Shown piece after piece: positions 49,337 through 58,380 of a stretch of DNA of 64,000 nucleotides. The stretch covers positions 3,975-67,974 of the forward strand of contig JAJXZL010000024.1 in NCBI GenBank assembly GCA_021780075.1. The letters are read 5' to 3'. The translations under genes were made by a program, and so were the position numbers. Every line of letters starts with the position of its first letter. Positions within the stretch are counted from its first letter, which is position 1. Below the pieces are notes generated by a model. It was not told where the DNA came from. It saw only the letters and a program-made list of their open reading frames with translations, and ran no database searches. Source of the DNA: Acidobacteriota bacterium. GTDB taxonomy: Bacteria; Acidobacteriota; Terriglobia; Terriglobales; Acidobacteriaceae.

Positions 49337-50683
49337 TTACTTAGCCCGCATTGCGGCTTCCACTTCCTCGGCTGTGTGGGGCAGGGCAGCGTCGAGATCG
49401 ATGAGCTTGCCATCAGGGCCGACGAGGAAATCGCACTCGATGCGCACGCCAATTTTCTCTTCGGCAATGTAGACGCCGGGTTCGATGGTGAAGACCATGC
49501 CGGGCTTGAGCACGGCGGGATAGTTGGCGGGATCGTGCACGTCGATGCCCACCATGTGGCCAAGCCCGTGAAGCCAGTACTTGCCGAGCGGCTGGCCATG
49601 CAGGTCCTTGCCGTGGGTGTTGATGTAGTTGTAGGCTGCGGTGTCGAGCGAGGCAGGATCCTTGTGATAGTAGTCGTCGATGGTGGACTTGCCCGCGACG
49701 AAGGCCTGAATAGCTGCCTGTTGCGCGCCCAGCACAATGTTGTAAATTTCGCGCTGGCGCGCGGTGAAGTGGCCGTTGGCAGGCACAGTGCGGGTGATGT
49801 CGGAGGCGTACATCGAGTATTCGCAAGCCGCATCGACAACCACTACGTCGCCGTCTGCAATGGTGCCAGAATTCGCGGAGTAGTGGAGCGTGGTCGAGTT
49901 GACGCCCGTTCCGACGATGGGCGCGTAAGAAGGGCGCTCGCAGCCCTGCTCAAGCCACACTGCCGTCATTTCGCCGGCAATGGCGCGTTCAGTCACGCCC
50001 GGCTTCACGTCGCGCATCATGGCTCTCTGTGCGGCGATGGAGGCCGTGCTGGCCTTCCCGATCAGCTCGATTTCGCCGGCGTCTTTCACTTGGCGCAATG
50101 GCATGGTCAGGGTGGTCACGTCATGGGCGGCAGGCGCGGAGTCCGCCCCGAATGTGACGGCGTTGAAGCTCACCAGCGCCTTGGCTTGCGAAGACAGCGG
50201 CTGCGTCCACAGGTTCAGGGCGAGCTTGCGGTCGGCGGCGACCAACTTGTTCAACTCAGCAGGCAGTGCGGCCATCGGTTCCACGGCGTTCACGCCGGTG
50301 GCCTGCACCACGCCGGGAGTTGCGGCATCCATTTTGGCGCCGGTGTAGTTCTCCATGCGCAAGTTGCGCGTGGGCAAAAACAGGATTTCCTGATAGCTGC
50401 GCTTTTCATCCGAGTTGGTGGAGGGACCGACGATCATCAGCGCCGCGCCGGGCTCATTCCATCCAGTGAGGTAGTAGAAGTCAGAGTCCTGGCGATATGG
50501 CATGAAGTCCAGCAGCGGCTCGGGGGCGGAGAACAGAACAGCGACACCGCCCTTGAGCGAGGCGGCCAGAGCCACGCGACGGGCGTGGTACGCGCTGGCG
50601 GGCTGTTTTTCAAGGGCATATAAGGCAGGAAGGGCAGCAAGCGCGGCCACAAGGACAATCAACGCAGAGCGGAGCGAATTCAT
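49337..50683 (-). CDS. Xaa-Pro aminopeptidase family (M24B) protein, secreted
   Basis: Signal peptide MNSLRSALIVLVAALAALPALYA, an AMP_N-type N-domain (FYYLTGWNEPGAALMI), and M24 metal ligands DAACEY..DITR, HGLGHMVGIDVHD, FTIEPGVY, IECDFLV. Confidence 0.9.
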   Translation of the reverse strand: MNSLRSALIVLVAALAALPALYALEKQPASAYHARRVALAASLKGGVAVLFSAPEPLLDFMPYRQDSDFYYLTGWNEPGAALMIVGPSTNSDEKRSYQEILFLPTRNLRMENYTGAKMDAATPGVVQATGVNAVEPMAALPAELNKLVAADRKLALNLWTQPLSSQAKALVSFNAVTFGADSAPAAHDVTTLTMPLRQVKDAGEIELIGKASTASIAAQRAMMRDVKPGVTERAIAGEMTAVWLEQGCERPSYAPIVGTGVNSTTLHYSANSGTIADGDVVVVDAACEYSMYASDITRTVPANGHFTARQREIYNIVLGAQQAAIQAFVAGKSTIDDYYHKDPASLDTAAYNYINTHGKDLHGQPLGKYWLHGLGHMVGIDVHDPANYPAVLKPGMVFTIEPGVYIAEEKIGVRIECDFLVGPDGKLIDLDAALPHTAEEVEAAMRAK

Positions 50684-50743
50684 TCCGCTATTGTCACGCC
50701 TGAGCCTGCCCTGCGCAAAAGCTGATTTGCGAATTCGCGTGGC

Positions 50744-52171
50744 TTACTCGGAGGCAGCCCTCAGCATTGCGGCCAGGCTGCGGTCCACATCGTCTTCGGT
50801 GGTGGCCCATGAGGACACGCTGATTCGCATGGCGGTGTGGCCTTGCCATACCGTGGAGCCGCACCAGCAGGTGCCGTCGGCTTGCAGGCGGGCAATCGTC
50901 CGCAGCGTCTTTTCCGGCGAGCCGAAGGAGACGAGCACCTGGTTAATGACCACGTCGTTGAGCACGTCGAAGCCGGCGGCGCGCAGGCCAGTGGCAAAGC
51001 GGCGCGCTAGGCTCGATGTGCGCTCCACGATCTGAGCCATGCCGGAGCGGCCCAGCGAGCGCAGGCCTGCCCACAACTCAACGCCGCGCGCGCGGCGCGA
51101 AAGCTCGGGGTTGTAGTTGGAGGGCTCGCGTTGCTCGCCTTGAATGAGATACGGGGCCTGAATCGACATGGCCGCGCGCAATGCCAGCGGATCGCGTACC
51201 AGCGCAATGCCGCAGTCGTAGCCGATGTTGGGCCACTTGTGGCCATCGGTTGCCCAGGAGTCAGCCTGCTCAAAGCCCTTGGTCAGATGCTCGTACGCGG
51301 GCGACGCGGCTGCCCACAAACCGAACGCCCCGTCCACGTGAATCCACGCGCCGGCAGCGCGAGCCGCCGGGCAGATGGCCTGCGCCGGATCGAAGGCGCC
51401 GGTGTTCACATTGCCCGCCTGCAGGCAGAGGATCGTTTGTGCATCCATATGCGGCAAGGCATCGGCTCGCATGCGGCCCTGGCCGTCCGCGGGAACACGC
51501 ACTATGCGGTTGCGGCCCAGACCCAGCAGGCCAAGTGCCTTGGCGACCGAAGGGTGCGCTTCCTCGCCCACCACCACTGTGATGGGCGGGGCGCCAAACA
51601 GGCCATCATTTTCGACATCCCACCCCGTGCGCTCGCACACGGCATGGCGGGCTGCAGCGAGGGCGGAAAAGTTGGCCATGGTGGCCCCTGTGACGACCGC
51701 ACCTCCCGTGCCCGCGGGCAGGTTGAGCAATCCCCTAACCCATTCGAGCGCAACCTCTTCCAGCGTAACGGCCACCGGGGACTGCGCCCGCTGAGCGGCG
51801 TTCTGATCCCAGGCGCTGACCAGCCAGGAGGCAGCGAGGGAAGCGGGTAGACAGCCACCGTTGACAAAGCCAAAGAAGCGGCCGCTGTTCTTGGCCACAG
51901 TGGCCGGGGAGCCGTACTCATGGAGCAAATGGAGAACCGCCTCAGGACTGGTGGGTCCGGGCGGCAATGGCCCGCGCAATGCGCTCAGCGCGGCAACGGC
52001 CTGCGGGCTGGGCGCAACTGACCGGGAATCTTCGTCTTCCAGATAATCCATCGCGTCGCGGGCAGCCCGCTTCAGCAGCGCGGTGCGCGTTTCGGAGTAA
52101 GAAGCAGCAGATGAGTGAAAAACATCCATAGATAATGCTGAGTCTAGCATCGGCATTGAATTTCCCGGCAA
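50744..52171 (-). CDS. Pyridoxal-phosphate-dependent decarboxylase family protein (group II decarboxylase fold)
   Basis: 475 aa. GATMANFSALAAAR, HVDGAFGLWA, and ADSWATDGHKWPN (PLP-lysine context). The start is uncertain among several N-terminal Met. Confidence 0.8.
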   Translation of the reverse strand: MPGNSMPMLDSALSMDVFHSSAASYSETRTALLKRAARDAMDYLEDEDSRSVAPSPQAVAALSALRGPLPPGPTSPEAVLHLLHEYGSPATVAKNSGRFFGFVNGGCLPASLAASWLVSAWDQNAAQRAQSPVAVTLEEVALEWVRGLLNLPAGTGGAVVTGATMANFSALAAARHAVCERTGWDVENDGLFGAPPITVVVGEEAHPSVAKALGLLGLGRNRIVRVPADGQGRMRADALPHMDAQTILCLQAGNVNTGAFDPAQAICPAARAAGAWIHVDGAFGLWAAASPAYEHLTKGFEQADSWATDGHKWPNIGYDCGIALVRDPLALRAAMSIQAPYLIQGEQREPSNYNPELSRRARGVELWAGLRSLGRSGMAQIVERTSSLARRFATGLRAAGFDVLNDVVINQVLVSFGSPEKTLRTIARLQADGTCWCGSTVWQGHTAMRISVSSWATTEDDVDRSLAAMLRAASE

Positions 52172-52245
52172 ATCGCCGTATGCTAAGGAGGCAGACGAAT
52201 TTGTCCGCCTGAGTTGCTGTGGGTATGCCGGCTGGCGGAGAGATG

Positions 52246-52272
52246 AGTGGGCTTATAGCCCACTTTTTATTT
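52246..52272 (+). terminator. Hairpin plus U-tract in the rimP-nusA-infB leader (candidate attenuator)
   Basis: AGTGGGCT (52246-52253), TAT, AGCCCACT (52257-52264), followed by TTTTATTT. It lies about 100 nt upstream of the rimP start, with no upstream plus-strand gene to terminate. Confidence 0.55.
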
Positions 52273-52367
52273 GGGCGCAGTTTTTCAAGATAAACGCCCT
52301 GCAATCAAGGCCACCGGATGGACAGATCCTCATCGACGGGGTTTTGTTGCCAGGGTAGCTGGGCGGC

Positions 52368-52967
52368 GTGGGAACGATGGCGGCAAAGCTGGACGAAATC
52401 CGGTTGGCGGCGGAACGAGTGGCCGCTTCGCACGGATTGGACGTGGTGGATATTGAACTCGTCGGCCCCGCCAAAGAGCGCGTTCTCCGCGTCTATCTGG
52501 AGAAGAACGCCGAAGGGCGAGCGCGGCTGAAGGCGGAGATTGCAGCCGGTGCAGAGGGACTTCCCGAGCGGTTTGCCGAGGGCAAGCTGAGCGTGGAGCA
52601 GCTTTCAGGCGTGACCCACGAGGATTGCGCAGCGTTCAGCCGCGATTTTGGAGTGCTGCTGGATGTGGAAGATCTGGTTCCCGGCGGCGAGTACACGCTG
52701 GAGGCCAGTTCGCCCGGCCTGGATCGCAAGCTGACGAAGCGTGAGGATTTTCAACGATTTGCGGGGAGCCTGGTGAAGGTGCAGACCTTCGAGCCGATCC
52801 GCAACAACCGCCACTGGCAGGGCCGGCTGGCGACCGGAGCGGGTGAGACGATTACGCTCGACCTGGCTGCGGTCAAGCAGAACAGCAAGAGCCGGAAGAC
52901 CGGTGTGAACGCAGTGGAGATTGCGCTCGACAACATTGAGAAGGCGCAACTGATTCCAGAGATTTAA
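52368..52967 (+). CDS. rimP: Ribosome maturation factor RimP
   Basis: VAASHGLDVVDIELVGPAKERVLRVYLEK..., EYTLEASSPGLDRKLTKREDFQRFAG. Directly upstream of nusA. The start is GTG at 52368 or ATG at 52377. Confidence 0.9.
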   Translation: MGTMAAKLDEIRLAAERVAASHGLDVVDIELVGPAKERVLRVYLEKNAEGRARLKAEIAAGAEGLPERFAEGKLSVEQLSGVTHEDCAAFSRDFGVLLDVEDLVPGGEYTLEASSPGLDRKLTKREDFQRFAGSLVKVQTFEPIRNNRHWQGRLATGAGETITLDLAAVKQNSKSRKTGVNAVEIALDNIEKAQLIPEI

Positions 52968-53097
52968 GCACGCGCTCGCAAGCAGCGCGCAGTGCCGGGG
53001 ACGGGCCGAAGTCCGCCTCAAAATGCAACGATTCAACTGAACGGTTTGGCCCTGAACCGGCCGTGCCGCCAGAACAACCCGAGAGAGTAAGCACAGT

Positions 53098-54666
53098 ATG
53101 GCCAGCGCTTTGTACCAAAGCATCGAACTCCTCAGCCGCGAGAAGGGCATTGAGCCCGAACTCGTGGTTGGAGCCGTGGAAGAGGCTATTGCCCTAGCCA
53201 CGCGCAAGTATTACAAGACGCAGGAAAACATGCGCGGGGAGCTGAACAAGGAAACCGGCGAAATTACGGCCTACGTGTACAAAACCGTGGTGGCCGACGA
53301 AGACCAGATCGAAGATCCCGTGAACCAGATCACGCTTGCCGAGGCCACTGAGCTGGCTCCCGGTGTTGAAGTAGGTAGCGAGATCCGGCTCTACAAGGAC
53401 ACCAGTCCGCTGGGCCGCATTGCCGCGCAGTTGGCCAAGCAGGTGATCTTCCAGAAGGTGCGCGAGGCAGAGCGCGATACGGTCTTCAACGAGTACGCGC
53501 ATCGCGAAAAGGAAGTGCTGAACGCGACGGTGAAGCGCATCGAAGGTCAGGACGTCATTTTCGACCTGGGCAAGGCTGAAGCCCGCTGCCCCAAGCGCGA
53601 GCAGTCGCGGCTGGAGCAGTTCTCGATCGGCGAACGCGTGCGCGTGGTGCTTTTGAAAGTGGACCGGGCAGCCAAGGGGCCGCAGGTGATCGTCTCCCGC
53701 GCTGCTCCCGAACTGGTGTCGAACCTTTTCCAGTCGGAAGTGCCGGAGATCTACGACAACACTGTCGTGATTCGCGCGATTGCGCGTGAGGCTGGCGAAC
53801 GTACCAAGATTGCCGTGCAGAGCCGCGACAAGGACGTGGATCCGGTGGGCGCGTGTGTAGGCATGAAGGGCATGCGCGTGCAGTCGATCATCCGCGAACT
53901 GCGCGGCGAAAAGATCGATATCATCGAGTTCAGCGACGAGATTACGACGTTCGCTGAGAAAGCGCTGCAACCGGCCAAAGTGAGCCGCGTCTCCATCTCG
54001 GACTTGACCGACAAGCAGCTCGAAGTGATTGTGGACGACACGCAGCTTTCGCTGGCCATCGGCAAGAAAGGCCAGAACGTGCGCCTGGCGGCCAAGCTGC
54101 TGGGCTGGAAGATCGACATCAAGAGCGAAGAGGAAAAGCGTCAGGAAGTGGAGCAGCAGATGCAGGCTCTCTCCAGCGGTCCCTCGACGCCCATTGAGCA
54201 GGTAACAGAACTCGGCGATGGCATCATCCAGAAGCTTGTAGCTGCGGGCATTACGACCGTGGAGTCGCTGGCGGACATGACGCCTGAGCAGCTGGAAGAG
54301 ATTCCGGGCATCGGCGAGAAGACGCTGGAACGCATCGGCGTGGCAGTGCGGCACTACTTCGGGCACTTTGAAGAGGGCGAAGAAGGCTATGTGCCGGAGG
54401 AGCCAGGCGAGCCGCTTCCGGGCCAGGCTGAAGTGGAGAACGCGCCCGCTGTTGTCGCAAATGTCGAAGCCGAGACCGAGAACTCCGCCGAAGTACTGGA
54501 AGAGGCGGAGGGCGTTGCAGCCGTCGCTGCGGGCGTGGAGCCGCTGACCACAATGGAAGATGTGGTTGAGAATGTGCCGGACGCCGATGTGACGCTGGGA
54601 TCGGAATCGGGCGAACTGGAAAGTGAAAACGAGAACAAGCAGGCGGCCAAAGAGGGCGACGCGTAA
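53098..54666 (+). CDS. nusA: Transcription termination/antitermination factor NusA
   Basis: 522 aa: N-terminal domain, S1 (VLNATVKRIEGQDVIFDLGKAEA), KH1/KH2 (DPVGACVGMKGMRVQSI, AIGKKGQNVRLA), HhH repeats and an acidic tail. Confidence 0.96.
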   Translation: MASALYQSIELLSREKGIEPELVVGAVEEAIALATRKYYKTQENMRGELNKETGEITAYVYKTVVADEDQIEDPVNQITLAEATELAPGVEVGSEIRLYKDTSPLGRIAAQLAKQVIFQKVREAERDTVFNEYAHREKEVLNATVKRIEGQDVIFDLGKAEARCPKREQSRLEQFSIGERVRVVLLKVDRAAKGPQVIVSRAAPELVSNLFQSEVPEIYDNTVVIRAIAREAGERTKIAVQSRDKDVDPVGACVGMKGMRVQSIIRELRGEKIDIIEFSDEITTFAEKALQPAKVSRVSISDLTDKQLEVIVDDTQLSLAIGKKGQNVRLAAKLLGWKIDIKSEEEKRQEVEQQMQALSSGPSTPIEQVTELGDGIIQKLVAAGITTVESLADMTPEQLEEIPGIGEKTLERIGVAVRHYFGHFEEGEEGYVPEEPGEPLPGQAEVENAPAVVANVEAETENSAEVLEEAEGVAAVAAGVEPLTTMEDVVENVPDADVTLGSESGELESENENKQAAKEGDA

Positions 54667-54784
54667 CATGCGTCGCACCCTGCAAGGCCAATCAGGCGAT
54701 AATGGAAGTACAAGAAGCGGCCATTGCCATGAGGTAGCCATGAGCGACTAAAGGCTTTGGGTAGCATTTTTTGAAAAGAGGCGG

Positions 54785-57700
54785 ATGAGTAAGGTTCGAA
54801 TCAACGATCTCGCGCGCGAGATGGAAGTCAAGAGCCGCCAGGTTCTTGACGTGCTGGCGGAGCTTGGCCTGGGCGAAGGCAAAACTCACTCCAGTTCTAT
54901 TGAAGATCATGAGGCCGAAAAAGTGCGCGCTCAGTTTGCGCGCGGCTCGCGCTCGGCGGGCAGCGGTGCGTCTACCCGCGGCTCACAAACGATTGCACCC
55001 AAGATCGATCTCTCCCACGTCTCGAAGCCCGGCGACGTGATGAAGGCCATACTGGCAAAGAAGCAGGAAGAGGAAGCGGAAGCCCGGCGGAGCCATGCGC
55101 CCGCGAAGCCTGCTGCCGCTGCTTCAGCCAAGACGGCTGCTACGGCGGCTGTGCCCGCTGCCCCTGCGCCGCCCGCCACGCCCGCCAAGCCGGAGCCGCG
55201 GAAGATTGTTCCGTCAGCCCGGCCCGCACCGCCCATCATCGCTGCGCCTCATACTCCGCCAGCCATTGCAAGTCGTCCGCCGGCTGGTCCGGTGGTGGCC
55301 AAGGCTCCCGCCGGAGCAGCGCCTGCGCGTCCCGCCGTTGCGGTGGTTCCACCAGCAGCTGCAGTCGTGGTGAAGCCGCCGGCTGCGCCAGCTCGTGAAG
55401 CTCATCCGCATCCTGCAGAGCACGCTGCTGCGACCGCCAAACACGTTACGCCTCCAGCCCCGGTTGTCGCTGTGGAGGCCGCTGCCGCGCCTGTTGCAGC
55501 TGCACCCGTCTCAGCCGCTCCGGTCGCGTCGCCGGCGGAGAAGCCCTCTGTGGCCGCCGCTGCCGTCGCGGAGCAGGCGCCTATCGCCGCTCCGGTAGCG
55601 GCGGAGCCTGTGCCCGCGCCTGAGGCAGCAGCCACAGAGACGAAAGCGGCTAAAGTCGCCCCGCCAGAAGCTGCCACGCATGCGGCTCCGGCAGTTCCCG
55701 TTCGCCGTGTTGTGATGCCCCAGACGGGACCGCGCCCGGTCTATAAGGCGCCGCCCGTGGTTCCCAGCCAGCCTGCCCCTACCGCCCAGGCTGGTGGACT
55801 GCAACGCGGCAGGCCCATTTTTGATCGCAGACCCACTGGCGGCCCTGGCAGCTATCCTCAGCGCACCCCCGGCGGTGCTCCTGGGCAGTTCCCGGCCGGA
55901 CCACGACCCAAACATCCCACGCGCACCACACCCGGGGGCTACGCAGGACCCGGAGGTCCAGGAGCTCGTCCCGGCTTCGGAGCTCGTCCTGGCTTCGGCG
56001 CGCCGCGCCCCGGCGGCTTCGGCGGCCCACGTCCCGGCCCCGGCGGAGCACCACCGCCCGGAGAGGCTCCCCGTCCACAGCGCGCAGCCCCAAGAGGACG
56101 CGGTGGACGCCCGCAGTACCCCAAGACGAAGGAAGGCCCGATGAAGGGCTTTGTGCCGCCGCCGCGCTTTGGCGGTGCGACACAGTTCAGCAATGAGCCG
56201 CTGCCCATCACGCGTGAGATCACGGTTACCGAGGGCATCAGCGTCAAGGACCTGGCAGAAAAGCTGGAAATCCGCGCCAAGGATCTGATTGCCACCCTGC
56301 TGATGCGGGGAGTCTTTGTCACCGTCAACCAGTCTCTCGACGCTGAGATGGTGAAGGACGTCGCTGCCAAGTTCGGCGTCGGCGCCAACGTGATCAGCTA
56401 CGAAGAGGAAATCGCCAACCAGGCCATCGAAGAGGTTCTGGAGGCGGAAAACACCGGTGAGCTCGAAGTGCCGCGTTCGCCCGTTGTCACCGTCATGGGC
56501 CACGTGGATCACGGCAAGACCTCGCTGCTCGACGCGATCCGCGAAACCGACGTGGCGGCAGGAGAAGCCGGCGGCATCACCCAGCACATTGGCGCCTACA
56601 AGGTGCGTTTCTCCAAGGAAGGCTCGCCAGCCTCCGGGCGCGAGATTGTCTTCCTCGATACGCCCGGCCACGAGGCCTTCACCCGCATGCGCGCTCGCGG
56701 AGCCAAAGTGACCGACATCGTGGTCATCGTGGTGGCCGCCGACGACGGCGTGATGCCGCAGACTCTTGAAGCCATCGATCACGCGAAGGCTGCCGAGGTG
56801 CCCATCATCGTGGCCGTCAACAAGATTGACAAGCCCGAAGCCAATCCCGACCGCGTGAAGAAGCAGCTCGCAGATCGTGGCCTTATCCCTGAAGAATGGG
56901 CTGGCGGCGGCGAGGGCAGCACGGTCTTTGTTGAAGTCTCGGCCAAGAAGCATCTCAACCTCGACCTGCTGCTGGAGATGATCTGCCTGGTTTCGGACAT
57001 CAAGGCTCCCAAAGCCACGCCTGGCCGCAAGGCTGTGGGCAGTGTGCTGGAAGCCAAGCTGGACCGCGGCCGCGGCGCCGTGGCCACCGTGCTGGTGCAG
57101 GATGGCACCCTGCGCCTCAACGACAGTTACATCGTGGGCAACACCTTCGGCAAGGTCCGCGCCATGTTCGATGATCGCGGACGCGCCATCGAAGAAGCCG
57201 GCCCTTCCACCCCGGTTGAAGTGCTGGGCCTCGAAGCCATGCCCGACTCCGGCGACACATTCCTCGTTGTGGCCGATCGCGACAAGGCCAAGGGCATCGC
57301 GCAGTACCGCAAGATGAAGGAGCGCGAGGCGCAACTGGCCAAGAGCTCCCGCGTATCGCTTGAGGGACTTGCCGAGCAGATTCGCCAGGCCGGCGTGAAA
57401 GACCTTGCCCTCATCATCAAGGGCGACGTTACCGGTTCGGTCGAGGTGCTGGCCGACTCGCTGGTCAAGATGTCTACCGAGAAGGTGCGCGTGAAGGTCA
57501 TCCACTCCGGCGTCGGCTCCATCACGGAGAGCGACGTGCTGCTGGCCACTGCCTCGAACGCCATCATCATCGGCTTCAACGTGCGCCCCGAGCGCAAGGC
57601 CGCTGAACTGGCGCAACAGGAAGGCGTCGAGATTCGCCTGCACTCCATCATCTACGAGTTGCAGGACGAGATGCGCCTGGCCATGATGGGCCTGCTCGAA

Positions 57701-58033
57701 CCCACGTTCAAGGAGAACTACGCGGGCCGCGCCGAGATCATCAACGTCTTCCGCATTCCCAAGGTGGGGACGATCGCCGGCTGCCGCGTACAGGATGGCG
57801 TGATCCGCCGCGACTCGGAAGTGAAGGTGATGCGCGACGGCGAACAGGTGTTCAAGGGCAAGATCGGCTCGCTCAAGCGCTTCAAGGACGATGTCCGCGA
57901 AGTCACCAACGGCATGGAGTGCGGCATCGGTCTCGCCGGATTCGGCGACCTGAAGGAAGGCGACCTCATCGAAGCCTTCACCACGGAGAAGATGGCAGCC
58001 GACCTGGGCGCACTGACTTCCGCCAAGGCGTAG
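54785..58033 (+). CDS. infB: Translation initiation factor IF-2 (long Ala/Pro-rich N-terminal region)
   Basis: [24 protein letters not shown] (IF2_N), G-domain [29 protein letters not shown], and the C-terminal beta-barrel. Confidence 0.97.
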   Translation: MSKVRINDLAREMEVKSRQVLDVLAELGLGEGKTHSSSIEDHEAEKVRAQFARGSRSAGSGASTRGSQTIAPKIDLSHVSKPGDVMKAILAKKQEEEAEARRSHAPAKPAAAASAKTAATAAVPAAPAPPATPAKPEPRKIVPSARPAPPIIAAPHTPPAIASRPPAGPVVAKAPAGAAPARPAVAVVPPAAAVVVKPPAAPAREAHPHPAEHAAATAKHVTPPAPVVAVEAAAAPVAAAPVSAAPVASPAEKPSVAAAAVAEQAPIAAPVAAEPVPAPEAAATETKAAKVAPPEAATHAAPAVPVRRVVMPQTGPRPVYKAPPVVPSQPAPTAQAGGLQRGRPIFDRRPTGGPGSYPQRTPGGAPGQFPAGPRPKHPTRTTPGGYAGPGGPGARPGFGARPGFGAPRPGGFGGPRPGPGGAPPPGEAPRPQRAAPRGRGGRPQYPKTKEGPMKGFVPPPRFGGATQFSNEPLPITREITVTEGISVKDLAEKLEIRAKDLIATLLMRGVFVTVNQSLDAEMVKDVAAKFGVGANVISYEEEIANQAIEEVLEAENTGELEVPRSPVVTVMGHVDHGKTSLLDAIRETDVAAGEAGGITQHIGAYKVRFSKEGSPASGREIVFLDTPGHEAFTRMRARGAKVTDIVVIVVAADDGVMPQTLEAIDHAKAAEVPIIVAVNKIDKPEANPDRVKKQLADRGLIPEEWAGGGEGSTVFVEVSAKKHLNLDLLLEMICLVSDIKAPKATPGRKAVGSVLEAKLDRGRGAVATVLVQDGTLRLNDSYIVGNTFGKVRAMFDDRGRAIEEAGPSTPVEVLGLEAMPDSGDTFLVVADRDKAKGIAQYRKMKEREAQLAKSSRVSLEGLAEQIRQAGVKDLALIIKGDVTGSVEVLADSLVKMSTEKVRVKVIHSGVGSITESDVLLATASNAIIIGFNVRPERKAAELAQQEGVEIRLHSIIYELQDEMRLAMMGLLEPTFKENYAGRAEIINVFRIPKVGTIAGCRVQDGVIRRDSEVKVMRDGEQVFKGKIGSLKRFKDDVREVTNGMECGIGLAGFGDLKEGDLIEAFTTEKMAADLGALTSAKA

Positions 58034-58059
58034 CTCTTAATCAGGACGAAGAAAAACAC

Positions 58060-58106
58060 GGCCCGCTTCTCAATCTGAGAGGCGGGCCAATTTTCTGTGG
58101 CCCGCC
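58060..58106 (+). terminator. Hairpin(s) after the intact infB stop; three mutually complementary GC segments
   Basis: GGCCCGCTTCTC (58060-58071) pairs with GAGAGGCGGGCC (58077-58088), 12 bp with one G-U, followed by AATTTTCTG. GGCGGGCC (58081-58088) can alternatively pair with GGCCCGCC (58099-58106). Confidence 0.55.
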
Positions 58107-58280
58107 AATGCGGACACGTCACGACGACCTCGTCGAGAGGCTCTGCAGGTTAGTCGCCCACGGCGCGACGGCTCGCGCGGCACACCATGCAAGCGGCCAC
58201 GCGCCTCGAATACAAAACATCGCATGGCGTCTATAGGTCAGACCTCAACAGTGGCGCAGGAAGCAAAAACTATTGAAATC

Positions 58281-58310
58281 TTGACATTGCCCTCCGGAAA
58301 AGCGTATAAC
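58281..58310 (+). promoter_or_regulatory. Sigma-70-like promoter upstream of the GH28 gene
   Basis: TTGACA (58281-58286), an 18-nt spacer, and TATAAC (58305-58310). It lies 71 nt upstream of the ATG at 58381, which has a GGAGG RBS. Confidence 0.55.
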
Positions 58311-58319
58311 CTCGCGATA

Positions 58320-58336
58320 ATGTGGTCAGACCACAT
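58320..58336. promoter_or_regulatory. Perfect 17-bp palindrome ATGTGGTC-A-GACCACAT (candidate operator, GntR/FadR-like TGGT-N3-ACCA core)
   Basis: All 8 arm positions are complementary around the central A at 58328. It starts 10 nt downstream of the putative -10 hexamer. Confidence 0.55.
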
Positions 58337-58380
58337 ATTCTCATGCCAGATATGAAAGTGGCATCATTGGAGGCTGTTCC

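Noticed and set aside
54793-54803. GGTTCGAATCA T-loop-like motif
   Set aside because: It lies inside the first codons of infB (MSKVRINDL) and has no cloverleaf context.
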